From Azolla caroliniana (lineage: Eukaryota; Plantae; Polypodiophyta): DNA of 64,000 nt. Of this stretch, positions 23,202-35,591 are shown piece after piece; the stretch's first letter is position 1; each line of letters starts with the position of its first letter. The notes under the pieces are model-generated. The model saw nothing but the letters and a program-made list of their open reading frames with translations. It did no database searches and was not told the origin of the DNA. Location of the stretch: assembly GCA_043228905.1 (NCBI GenBank), contig JBHGNT010000004.1, positions 18,972,001 through 19,036,000 of the forward strand. The letters are read 5' to 3'. Position numbers and translations under genes: made by a program.

Positions 23202-26200
23202 TCATGGTGGCACATAATTCCAACAGTTTTCATGTGTCCCATCCAACCATAGAGGTATTGGCCACCATGTCTGATGAATTTTCCTTCTTTTCTTATACAC
23301 CTTTTCTGCTGGTCCTTTAATATTATCGTACTCTCCCTTAACTATATGCACTAAGTTGTCCCAGAACATCTTTATCATATCCACCACATTATACTCGATA
23401 CCTTCATATTTCTTATTGCACCTACACTTCCACCACACCCATAAAGCATTAATCGAGACAATATTCCAAACAAAAGCCTTTTTAAAATATTTACCACCCA
23501 GACTATTCGGGAGAACTACTTCAATTCTATTCTCCGACACATGCAATGCTTCCACACAATGCTCCCCCTCGTACATGGATACTTGGACATCCAAAGACCC
23601 CCAAAGAACAGCTCCCCATGTAAAAATCGCTCCTCTATATTTACAAGAAAACATCCTAAGTATTCTTCCCCAATATTGTTGAACTACAATACAAGTCCAA
23701 AACAAATGTTTCAAAGTCTCCTCCTGTACTTGGCAACACACACAATGACGATCATGAACCTGTCCTTTTAGATGACAACCTACAAGTAAAGCATAATGGA
23801 GTAATAACCACTTAAAAGAAATGGCTCTCCGCAAACATGGTAAAGTCCATAAACTTTTCCAGTAAGCTGCCAAATATTGAGGCGATATTGCACCTGAATC
23901 CCAATACTTTTGTGCAGCAAGACTTAGGGAATGACGTTGCAACAAGAAGCGTCTCCCATAGGCCACAGAGTACTGAAAAAAAGGGAGAGTTCTACTTTCT
24001 TGTTCATTTGCCGAAGATCTTCCAACCAACCGCCATGCGTAGTCAGTCGGGTCCCGATTAAAGTGTTCCACCGGCTTACTTTGAAATGCCCATAGTTGTC
24101 GTGCATGGTCTGCCACAAAAGGGTTAGGATCTAGGAAAATCTTCTTCTCTAACCTAGCAATGACCCTAATGGGTTTTTGGGAGGCTAGTTGCATAACTTC
24201 AGCTTCTTCTTCCACTAAATACAAAAGACTAGCATCTCCAACCTCATAAAACATTATTCTACCCTCATCAGTGTAAGCCCTGGCACCTATTAAAATGCCC
24301 AAAGGTGAGAAAAGACCATACCATGTATAATTATTATGTAAGGTAATTTTCCTTTGACAATTCTGAAAAGCCTGTTGAATCTAAACAAACATCAAACCTC
24401 CCCCATGGAATGAAGACAAGAAATGTTTTTTGTCCTCATTTGAGAGAAATTGAAAACGCTCCCAGTCAGCCACACTTGTAGCTGGCCTCGAGTCCATTTT
24501 CCCCCACGATAAATGCGGCCTAATACCTAAAACACAACCAGAACTATCAATAAACGAAGGATTCCATAGCAATGGTTGTCTTAGAAATTGGGCTTCTGTT
24601 GAAGGCAATTGAAATAATAGAGCTTCTCTAATGTCCTTCCATGCCCTCAAAATACCTGTAAAAAATCTTCTAGAACCAACATTTTGAGCCTTAATTGGAA
24701 ATTCGGAATTAAACCATCTACAACTATCTTGCCACTGTCCTCCTAAGGTAGGCTTAATGTTATGAATATCTAACAACCATAACTTTTTCCACAACTCATC
24801 CCCAAGCATAAATCCTCTCACAACATGCTTCGCAAGAAGAGCCTTACTCTGGAGCATAGGATCTATTAAGCCTAGTCCACCTTCACTTATTGGCCGGATT
24901 AAAACCGACCAAGCAACTTTTGCAACATCCCTTGATCCCAGCGAAGCACCCCAAATAAAATTACAAACTAAGCGTTGTAATTTCAATATAATGGAATGTG
25001 AAAATAACCACGTTGACGCAATATACCACATTGATGCAAGCAGAACAGAGTTTGTCACAACTACCCTTCCAGGTAAAGACAAATTAATTTTATCCCAATA
25101 TAACAATTTATTTCTAACTCGTAATAAAAGGGGTGTTACCATATCCTCTACTGACAAATCTAGCCCTACTTGACAACCCAGATACCTTACTGCTCTACCT
25201 CGAGGCACCCAACAAAATCCTGGAATTGGCACATCTTATGGAGGAGAGGAAGACACGACCCAGAATCCCATAGACTAGTCCCAAATAATCAAAGCTCTTG
25301 AAGCATCACAAAAATATGTTACTGCTTGTTGAAGATTCAACAAATTCTCCTTTTTTGCAGAAACATATAAAGCAATGTCATCAGCAAATTCTGAATCAAC
25401 AATCATAGTTGCATATCCTTGTATAGGTAAGGCTATACCACGAATATGTACATTCCTACTCCTAAGGTAATCAGAAAAAGCTTCAGAGACTAAAATAAAC
25501 AAAAAGGGAGCTAGTGGACACCCTTGTCTTACTGATCTTGAAATTGAAAATCTATAGCCAACATCACCTGCAAACAAAAGAGAACTATGAGCGGTCCTAT
25601 ACAAAGCTGCGACAACCCTAATCCATTGCATTGGAAAGCCCATTCGCTGTAATGTCCCTTCCATGAAATCCCAATCCACTCTGTCATAGGCCTTCTTGAA
25701 ATCTAAAAACAAAGTAGCCAAATCTTGTTGCTACTGCTCTGCAATAGCCACCATTTTCCAAAACAAAAAAATGTTATAAAAAATACTTCTCTCTTGAACA
25801 AACCCTGTCTGGGAATCATGAATTAGTTGAGATAAAAAAGGTTGCACCCTCCTTGCTATTGTTTTAGCTAAGATCTTATACACAACATTAAGTAGTGTTA
25901 TAGGCCTCCATTTTCGAATATCATCCAAAGGGCCGTCCCCCTTTGGAATCAAATATATTAGGCCTTCTGTCCATTCCTGAGGCATATAACCATGGTCAAG
26001 AATTTGTTGGTAGGCAGAAGTCAAAACATTACCAATCATATCCCAATACTCTATATACCATGAAACCCCCATCCCATCAACACCTGGACAAACATCCTTA
26101 CCTAAAGCCTTTGCTGCTAACAAAACTTCAGAAGGTTGCAACGGAGCAAGCAAAGAAATTTGCATTTCAACTGAAACTCGATTAGAGACTAAAGCCCAAA

Positions 26201-27535
26201 CAACATCCCTCTTAATGAAATTATTCCTTGAAATTGGAACTGTTGTCAACAAATGACTATAAAAAGAGGATGTTATGTCCCTCATCTCTATCACATTCGA
26301 TGTAAAAGACCCATCAACTCGTCTCATACTCGTCGGTTGAGACTTATGTGATTTAATGCGATGAGGTTCAAAAAACTGTTTACAAACTATATCAGTCTGT
26401 CTAATCCATCTTGCAAAGGATTTATGATACCAAAATTTTGACTTCTGCAATTGCATATCAGTAATTGTTTTCCCAACATCAATAATTCTCGCGACTAAAT
26501 CTACAAACCTAGGCCACCTTTATTGCAAATGTTGTAACGCTATCAAAGCTCGTTTGTATCTTCCAATCTTGGAATCATAATCAAGGTACAAAGCTTTTGC
26601 TTTACTTTGAAAAAATTCTTGAATTTCTTTCAACACATGTACCACATTAATCAAGATAACATCGTATTCTACATCATAATGATATCGAGACCAAATACTT
26701 TGAACAAAATGTTTACAATCGTCTCTAAGAAACATGGAATTAGGGATTCTAAATCTACTAGCCCTTCTTGTCGATGATAAAAAGAATTTTAACTTAAGAG
26801 GTGAATGATCAGAAAAAGAACAACCAGGTAAAATTCCTAATTGACCACCTCTAGTCCACATAAAAGCATCCCCATAAAACGTATCCAAACGAGAAAGGTT
26901 GACCCCTGCCAATCTCCTGTCAGATCTTGAAAAAGATAGAGATTCTGGTATTCTATTAAAGGATTGCACTGACGAAAGATCAACCAATTGTAGTGACATA
27001 CATAGTTTTTCCCACTCCCAAAATTCTGACCCAGAGATAATGCGTAAACTACCACCTTGCCTATCTTGCACATCCTCTAACATATTAAAATCCCCAACTA
27101 ATGCCCAAAGGTCAATCTAAGGTATTTGTAATAGAATTTCAGACCAAAAACGAGACCTCGTTGCTTCATAATTCGGTGTGTAAAGGTTAAGCAAACCCCA
27201 CTTAATCTCTCCTATTTGAAAAACAATATATTGTGCTCTTTTATTCGCTAATGATCCCGACATACTTACATGTGAAGCCCAAATATGTGAAACCGCAATA
27301 CATAAACCCCCCTGGGTATTATTCGGTCCAAAAGCCGGAAACCAGAATTGTTGCCACCTCCCGGGGAGAAGATTCCCATATTTTAAGATGTGTGGTTCCC
27401 CTAAATGATGCTCCTGAATAATGAGCACATCTATTGGTCCTACATAAGGCTTTTTAACTCCTGTCTAAAAACCCCTCTCATTCTTCAAAACCGACTACCT
27501 CCTAATCCTTGCACATTCCATGAGATTATATTTAG
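23202..27535 (-). pseudogene. LINE ORF2 (APE endonuclease, RT, zf-RVT)
   Basis: LIIQEHH, LNLYTPN, SRLDTF, SDHSP; WRPITLLNVVYKILAK, LDFKKAYDRVDW, VRQGCPLAPFLF, EFADD, RYLG, GGLGL; CVCC...ETLKHLFWTC. Multiple stops and frameshifts. Confidence 0.93.
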
Positions 27536-27660
27536 AACATTCATTAATAAGAAACTAAGTATTATGAAACTCTCCTTTTTCCGGCCAAAACTTCTCCTCG
27601 ACGTTTTCCTTCCTCAGCAACTCGTAATTGTCTTCTAGTTATCATCATATCTTTACCGGA

Positions 27661-29012
27661 TTATTTATGTGCACGGACTGGTATTGCTTTTTCCAATGTC
27701 ATACTATCATCTAGAACAAAAGTTATTGCCGAAAAGGAAAAATCATTAATGTCTTGAGAAACCATCGTTTCCACTACGGAGAGAGACTTTTGTTTTGATG
27801 GATCCTCCTCATAGATTACTAAATATAACTCCTTTTCACAATCCATGTCAATCCCCGAACAATTAATTTGTTGCTCCTTGTCTTGAGGCACCAGATGAGT
27901 CAAGGATTGACTGATATGCTTCCCTTTTCCCCCCAAATGATTACCATTAAATTGCCCCATAGATGGACCCTCAAACTTATGGTGTCTATCCATACTTTCT
28001 TTAATAGTCAAGGCTTCATGATCTTGCTTCAAGGTTATTGGATTTTGTATTTCAACAACTTTATTCTTCTCCCTTACAATATTTTGCGAGGAGATATTCC
28101 TATCTTCATCGTTATTCAAAGTATTGTACGGATTACCATCGAACAAAACTATAGAATTGACTAGTGAGTTAAATTGTTTAAAAGTATGTTTAGTTGCCAC
28201 TGGAGTCCAATTGGATCTCCCACCTTAGCAGTTGACTTAGGGGCCTCCTCTGATCGATAACGTTTTCGAGGACAATCCTTCCATAAATGCCCAAAATGCC
28301 TACATATAAAACATTGATCCAGAAGCCCTTGATACACAATCCTTTGGGTCAATGGCTCTTTATTTTCTTGCAAATTTGGCAGCAAAACTGAAGATGGTAA
28401 ACCATTATTTCGGGGCGCCAAAATCCTCACCGTTGGTGCTCCTCGTATACGCTCATCTTCTTGTGATGCCTCATCTTTAATCGCTATTACAGTACCTAAA
28501 AGAGAACCTATTTGGGCTAATACTTGATGCCATTCTTTCTTCAATCTTGGAAAAACGGCTGTAAAGATCATCTGGGCTTCTTTGTGCTGCAAAATCTCAT
28601 CTGCAACCACATTATGAGTCCACCTATAGAAAGATATCCAATTGCCCTGCATTGTTGTATGTTTGATCTTCAACAAACGATCCACTGAAGAAGAATTGGA
28701 AAACTCCAAATAATAACATCCTTTGCCCATGAATTGGATGTCCACAACAATGTTGATTTCTTCTGGGAAGGAAGCGTACAACATTCGGCGCAACTCATGC
28801 CTATTTGGCCTTGATCCTTCCATATGAGCTACCAGAGAAACCTCCTGTAGTCTTTGTACTTCTGCCAATACAATATTCTTATCATTATCTGACAAGGAGA
28901 GTGAGACGACCTTACCTGAAATATGGGAAGAGGTAGAAGGTTGATCGAGGGGAGGTGCACCGGAACCCCCTCTGTGTGTCGAAACAAGTATTGGTCGTTG
29001 TTCTGCCATCAC
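27661..29012 (-). pseudogene. LINE ORF1 (DUF4283-like plus zinc knuckle)
   Basis: IQFMGKGCYYLEF...ISFYRWT and CFICRHFGHLWKDC; frameshift near 28200. Confidence 0.85.
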
Positions 29013-29289
29013 TCCTCGCTCTCTGTCAACAAAATAATAATATTATCTTGATATCCATCATAGAGTTGCATTACATAATGTGGATCAAGCAACAACCAAT
29101 CTGAGGTTTAACTTGTCAAAATAGATCATAAGAAAACTTCATAATTTTCTAGGAAAATAGCTAACGGTCATATTATCCCACTAATCAGTAATTCAAGAGC
29201 CCCTTGACCGAGTAACTAGTCTTGTCCTCGATCGCGGCCCCTTCTTCAACCTTTTTCTAGAAGGTTGCCCATTTAGCCGTGCGTCTTTC

Positions 29290-31499
29290 ACCCATTGTGC
29301 AAGGGTGTCCTCCTCCGACAACCTTTCCATCGCCTTAGTAGAGGCTTGGCTTCAACCGCATCTTGCGCTAGCGGTTCAAGTAGAGTGGGATCTAGTGGGA
29401 CATCATCAACAATTGGGCTCGGTGGGGTTGAATCAAGGTTATGGAATTCGAAGAAATGTTGCATCAAGTGTTCAAAAACATTGTTGTTATGAACCTTAGA
29501 TTTTACATGTTGGGTCGAGTATTTCATGGCTTTTCACAACGTTGCCTAATTTAGTACAATCTTCCAAAAGAATAGGGTGAAGCTGATCTGAAGGAGATGT
29601 GATAGCGGGACTCTTACTTTCAGTCACGTTACCAGCTATCTCCTCATCGATTGGGGCATTATCGCCACCGGACACCTCATGCAACCTCCTGAATCCACGG
29701 GATTCTACAACATGTTAGCTAATTAACGACTTCTCTTTAGCTAATTAGCTACTATATACTACTCTTGATACTGCTTAGCTAATTAGCTACTATACTTTAG
29801 TTTGGTAGTAGTTAATTAGCTACACTCTCGATACTTAGCTTATTAGCTACTATACTTTAGTTTGGTAGTAGCTAATTAGCTACACTCACGATATTGTTTA
29901 GCTAATTAACTACAACTTAGCTAAATTATTAGCTACTACATTATAGATTGACAGTAGCTAATAAGCTACCACTCTTGATACTACTTAGCTAATTAGCTAT
30001 TATACTTTAGTTTGGCAGTAGCTAATTAGCTACACTCACGATAATGCTTAACTAATTAGCTACAACTTAGCTAATTAGCTACTATACTTTAGCTGGGTAG
30101 TAGCTAATTAGCTACACTCACGATATTGCTTAGCTAATTAGCTACTTTAGTTTAGTTTGGCAGTAGCTAAATAGTTACACTCACGATACTGCTTAGCTAA
30201 TTAGCTACTTTACTTAAGTATGACAATAGCTAATAAGCTATCACTCTTGATATTGCTTAGCTAATTAGCTACAACTTAGCTAATTAGCTACTACACCATA
30301 GATTGACAATAGCTAATAAGCTACCACTCTTGATACTGCTTAGCTGATTAACTACTACACTATAGATTGGCAGTCGCTAATAAATCACCACTCTTGATAC
30401 TGCTTAGCTAATTAGCTACTATATACTATAGATTGGCAGTAGCTAATTAGCTACCACACTTTATACTACTTAGCTAATTAGTTACTACACTACAGAACCA
30501 CAATAGCTAATTAGCTACCACACTTTATATTGCTTAGCTAATTAACTAAGTTGTAACTCATTACCTACTACACTATAGAGACAAGCAGCAAATTTACATG
30601 TATTCTTTCTCCACTCATCAAGGAGAGTTGTAATGCAATCCCCGAAACATACTGTAGAAGTGTGACAGGCATATGCAAAACAAGCGATATGGTATGTATG
30701 TTGGCATGCTTGTAGGTGTACCAGCAGGGTAACAGTTCTGTCCTCTAGGACTACGCCACAAGCGATGCAATGTGCTTGAACAATCAATATATTGTTGCCT
30801 GGTTCTCCTACTTTCGGTAAGGAGCAAGAATGTTGAGGTCCAATTCTTGTCTAAACCTTACCATCCCCTGCACAATTTCTAGTTTCTTCTTAAGGCAGCT
30901 AACTATGTGTTCTTGATTTGTGTATTGTTCCTACAACATAGTCAAAAAATTTATCGATTTATCATTCCTTAATGAGGAAGAATGAACAACAAGAAACATG
31001 AATCATTAACTTACTTGGAAGTTCTCCACATTGTTATCAACAACAAGATTAACCCCTAGAAGATCCAGGTTCATTGAAAGAACTTGAATCTCCGTCTATA
31101 GTTGTATTTTCTGCTAGGGATCCAGTGGCCCCTTAGTTTCGAGCTCATGTTGAGCAACCTATTCCAGATAATGCCTCATTGAGTACATTTTCATGTACTA
31201 GTTATTATAACATACTAGCAAAAAAAATAGCTACCTGAATCTTGTTTCTAATTGTTGTCACTACCAAAGTGACCTTGGTTTCCATTGCAACAGCCAAAGT
31301 TGCTTTCTCTAATGCAGACTTCATTGCCTCCAATGTCTCACAAGCTTCATGGACATTTTTCAGCATATAGCTAGCTAATCAATGTCTCACCTGTATCATT
31401 GACATTTGCTTTCCTATTGTTTCTGTGTGGTGTCTCCTTGCGGGTTTCCAAGGAGTCGGTAGTTGCATCATCAGCTGTCATGCTCCAGAATCGCGCCAT
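29290..31499 (-). pseudogene. Decayed multi-exon gene with a RING-H2-like domain, probably transposon-borne
   Basis: ATG at 31499. Donors CAG|GTGAG (31390), CAG|GTAGC (31234), CAA|GTAAGT (31014) and |GTAAAT (30597); acceptors ATGTTGTAG at 30931 and 29705. Motif C-x2-C-x17-C-x-H-x2-H-x2-C-x10-C-x3-C in 30542-30787. Splicing 30597 to 29705 joins the RING frame to ORF 29496-29684, with a TAA at the junction. Confidence 0.55.
29715..30548. repeat. Satellite built on the 14-bp palindrome TAGCTAATTAGCTA
   Basis: Roughly two dozen copies about 33-37 bp apart, with two alternating linker types (CTATACTTTAGTTTGGCAG-like and CACTC(A/T)(C/T)GATACTGCT-like). Confidence 0.92.
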
Positions 31500-31531
31500 C
31501 TTTTGTTGCAAGCTCCCCATCTATCGGCATC

Positions 31532-32404
31532 GTTGATGTAAAAAACAAAGTTTTGATCATAATTTCATACAATGTATTGAATTCATGTTTAAAGTTTTTT
31601 TACCAGATTTTAAAAAAGTTAATAATAATAAGTTGAGCTTGAGTTCATATAAAAACTAGATTTTTCATCACAATTCGATACAATGTATCAAGTTCATGTT
31701 TAAAGTATATTTTTCTAATTTTTTTTTCAATTTTTTTCAATTTTTTTTATTTTTTCTAATTTTTTTATTTTTAACATGAATTCGATACATTGTATCGACT
31801 TGTGATGAAAACTCTGGTTTTTTCATCATTTATTAAAGCTCAAAAAAAATTTCAAAAAAGAAACAACAAAAAACCAAAATAAATAGAAAAAAAAAAGCAA
31901 TTTTGTTTAAAAACCCCCCAAAAAAGCTTTAAACAAGTTAGCTTTTCAACATGAACTCGATACATTGTATCGAGTTCATGTTGAAAAGCTAACTTTTTGA
32001 CATGAATTCGATACAATGTATCGAGTTCATGTTTAAAGCTTTATTTGGGTTTTTTTTTTTTAATTGTTTTTGTCTATTTATTTTGGTTTTTTGGTTTTTT
32101 TTTTGAGCTTTAATAAATGATGAAAAAAATATAGTTTTCATCACAAGTCAATACAATGTATCGAATTCATGTTTAAAATGAATTTTTTTCCATAAAAAAA
32201 ATTGGAATAAAAAAAATTAGAAAATTATACTTTAAACATGAACTCGGTACATTGTATCGAATTGTGATGAAAAATCTAGTTTTTATATGAACTCAAGCTC
32301 AACTTATTATTATTAATTTCTTTTAAATACGGTAAAAAAAACTTTAAACATGAATTCAATACATTGTATAGAATTATGATCAAAATTTTGTTTTTTACAT
32401 CAAC
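31532..32404. repeat. ~870-bp imperfect palindrome containing ~9 copies of a self-palindromic motif
   Basis: Starts GTTGATGTAAAAAACAAA and ends TTTGTTTTTTACATCAAC. Motif ACATGAAYTCGATACAWTGTATCGARTTCATGT. Perfect 30-bp arms with a 1-nt loop at 31935-31995. Confidence 0.92.
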
Positions 32405-32469
32405 TCGATACAACATATCGACTTCTTGTTTTTCAAATAAAAGAGGTCTTTTAAACATGAACTCAAATT

Positions 32470-33950
32470 ATACTGAAATCTATGTTTTTACAAGAGAAAA
32501 AGATGCATATCGATACTGCAAAGATGTATGTTGCACAACAAGATACCTTATGGTGAACATGTGACTAATTGATTAGCAAAAAAACATTAATAATTGTATT
32601 GATGGTAATTGAACTTCGCAAATGCCATTTACTTCACAAATTTTGTAGGGGAATTCTCAAAAGGAAGAAGAGGATAACATTGTAGATACCCTGATAACTG
32701 TGTGATATGTTCAAATTGATATATTAATGTTCACATCTAAAGTTTGACAGTTTTGACAGTTTATGAATATCATCTACATTTTAGGTGTTGTGGATTTATC
32801 AAAATTGTTTATGAATATTGTCTACATTTCTTGAGTTGTGAATTTATGGATGTTAATGAGCACTAAATTTACAAATGATGACATTAAGGATTGCAATGTT
32901 ACCGCTTATACTTAAAACATTTTCAAGTCTAACAAAAGATGCAATCTTAATCTCATCAAGATGGTGAAACCATTAATCTTAACTTGCGCCTTGAGTTAAC
33001 CATTGTGATTTTCTTTAAGTTAACTACATTTCATATATGCAAACCATCAACATTTAAACATTTACTGAAAAACTATTCAATTTTAGAAATTATCATTTTG
33101 AAACCTGTTAAATCTCAAAAAATTAGTAAATTTTACATGTTATTTAAAACATGTGATATTGGTGTATCAAGTTTTTGAAAATTGTCTAAAATCACAAGAT
33201 TATAAAAGGTTATAAATGGAATGCGTGATCCTTCCAATTGTGAACGCGAACATGTTAACTCAGGATTAGCAAGACTTTGCTGACATTCAAGTCGAGTTTA
33301 GATGAGGGCATTGTTCCCCAGGTTCCACTACGTCAGAAACCAAAGTTCAATTTTTTGAGTATTCCCATAAATGACCTGTTCACTATAATAAATGACATGT
33401 ATTTAAGTAATAAATCAAAAAAAATTCGTAAATGATCCTTATGATTTGCCCACGAAAAATTAGCCAAACAAATAGCTAAATAGCCATGGCCATTTTAGCA
33501 ACAAATTTTCCATTCTCATGCTTTTACCCTTATTTCTATGGTATTGGGGATTATGTCATAATTGGGATATGTGCATTGCTTTTGTATTTGATGGTAGATA
33601 CGAAGTCAAAGAATATCTACAAAAGTTGAAGGAAGTACTTATGTGACAATTTTCTTTATTGGAGCAAGTAGAATTTGTTCCTCTATGGAGTTTTTATCTT
33701 CCCTCTTGGAGATTCAACATCGTCTTCGGAGGTAAGTATGACCTATGAGACCAAAAATATTACATTTCATGTAATACATGTGAAAGTGAGTAGTGACTCT
33801 CCATGTTCAAGAACTTTACCAATGAATGTTGCAATAAAGAGTGTACATTTTGGTTGTGAGAGGAATTTGTGCAAGGATTGGGTTCGGTCGAATATTATCG
33901 AAGGCCGAGCATTGTATCAAAGTGTGATACTTAGACTCTCGAACTTGTTT
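32470..33950 (+). pseudogene. Possible very degenerate MULE/FAR1-type transposase remnant
   Basis: Only weak motifs: VFTREKDAYRYC (like FAR1 F-x-S-x2-EAY) near 32485 and VHCFCI* (like HRFCxWH) near 33570. Confidence 0.25.
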
Positions 33951-33959
33951 AGGGCAAAG

Positions 33960-34620
33960 TGTGCATAGGCAGCCACCCTCATCACTTGTGTCACAATGGC
34001 TCGTCTCACATCATAGTTGCATAGAAGCAATGATTCGAATGGCAGACAACGGGATGGGCTCTAACACATATCGATGTGTACGGCTTCCCCCTTCTACGAA
34101 GAATATGATTTTGTAGTTAGGTGCAACATGTGTAGCATAATGTGTGAAGCATGGGCCTCCACATTTGTCCCATGTTACGATACATTGGCATTGCAAAACG
34201 GCCTCATTTATAGAGGAATCTAGTGATGCATCATGAAGCAAGTGTGTTGCATCTGATCTACCTAACCATTTTTCCATATCTTGCATCCAACCGGAACACA
34301 AAAATTTGCTTTTACGAGTCTTTTGGATCTTTTTGTTTGCTTCCCATGTGATTCTAGAAAGTTGGTGCGATGGACTTTTTTGAACCTTAAGCATGTATTC
34401 AACAACCCTTTCCATGGATCTCAATGGGAAGTGATTCCATCTCAAGGAGGAGGGTGTATGGCATTTGTTTCCTAACTTCTAGAAACTTTGTAAAAAAATG
34501 TTTTTGGACATTTTCAAACTCTTTCCAAGTAGATCTAGGGATGCTACTACCCCATAGAGAAGCACTAGTGTCACCAAAGTGTTAAAAAGGTATTTCTTGA
34601 GGACTCAAACACTTAATATC
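33960..34620 (-). mobile_element. 5'-truncated non-LTR retrotransposon fragment (RT C-terminal region, non-L1 type)
   Basis: KKYLFNTLVTLVLLYG near 34560-34600 followed by ORF 34011-34445, resembling the LF..LV.P.L.YG thumb motif of CR1/L2/RTE-like elements. Confidence 0.6.
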
Positions 34621-34728
34621 TCCATGATTGTGTATGTTCTCAAATACATAATATGCTCTCATTCCTACCACTAAGAAACATGTAACATATTTGTTCCATC
34701 TGTGATTTGAAGGAAGTTTAAGGCCCAT

Positions 34729-34916
34729 ATAGATGTAGCTTAGTTGGTAAGGTTGCCCAATGGAGACCAGGTGGTCATGGGTTCAACCCCTACATTCCAC
34801 ATGGCATCTAGTGAAATAAGAGATATCTATGGAGTAATAGATAGGTGAGAAAATTGGGTTTCGAACCCAATATGTAGTGCTAGTAGTGTAAACGACTTAC
34901 CACTAGGGTAAGCTAA
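34729..34916 (+). mobile_element. Double-tRNA-headed SINE/MITE-like element, best-preserved copy B
   Basis: Plus strand: A box TAGCTTAGTTGG 34736-34747 and B box GGTTCAACCCC 34780-34790. Minus strand: A box TACCCTAGTGG(TAAG) 34900-34910 and B box GGTTCGAAACC 34857-34867. An ~40-bp internal piece recurs at about 35360-35398. Confidence 0.7.
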
Positions 34917-35591
34917 TTACGATAAAAGAGAGAGAGAGATCTAATTAGTCGTTATGGTGGCATTATCATCTTCCTTCCAAAGCTACTACATTTATTTGGA
35001 GCATCATAACTAATTGATAGATATGCATGGATGGTAGAACTGGTAAAGAATGGGGAATCACATGATCCAATTAGTGATTATACAGTGCAATACAGATGGG
35101 GTGCCATTATCATATTCCTTGCAAAGCTAATGTATTTATTTGGAGAATCAAGGTGAGTGGATTACCTCCAGGAGTTTATTTGTAAAGATGAACTCTCTCT
35201 TATGGATTTTGTTTGTCTTGCAAAGTTTTAGAAAGACATAGTCAGCATCAATGTACAAGTTGTCTGATCTGGGCTTCTCTATGTTGTCTCAAAATCCCCT
35301 TTTCAGTTGGGTTTTGGTGGAATTTAGAAAGCCTTGTCCTCATTTTGGTATTGGTTTTTAGAAATAAGAGATATCTATGGAGTAATAGATAGGTGAGACA
35401 ATTCATTTTCTGCATTTTGATCTATATATGGATTGGTGCTTCATTAGACTTCAGGAAATAGTTTAAAATTAGGATGTTGTACAACACTCAAAACTGAGCA
35501 TCACGTGTCATATCTATATACATGAACCTATGCCTCTTGAGTCTCAAGGTAGGTAAAAGAATGTGTAAAAATAAGCACCAAGTAAATGATG

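Larger units (their letters stand above)
23050..29030 (-). mobile_element. L1-clade LINE, near full length, decayed
   Basis: ORF1 and ORF2 in canonical order. Termini and TSD not resolved, so boundaries are approximate. Confidence 0.9.

Noticed and set aside
29715-30548. CRISPR-like short palindromic repeats
   Set aside because: The linkers are themselves repeated in two alternating types rather than unique spacers, and no cas genes are present.
34729-34800. Functional tRNA gene
   Set aside because: A and B boxes are present but the anticodon and acceptor stems do not pair properly, so it is treated as a tRNA-derived repeat. The same applies to the LTR cassettes.
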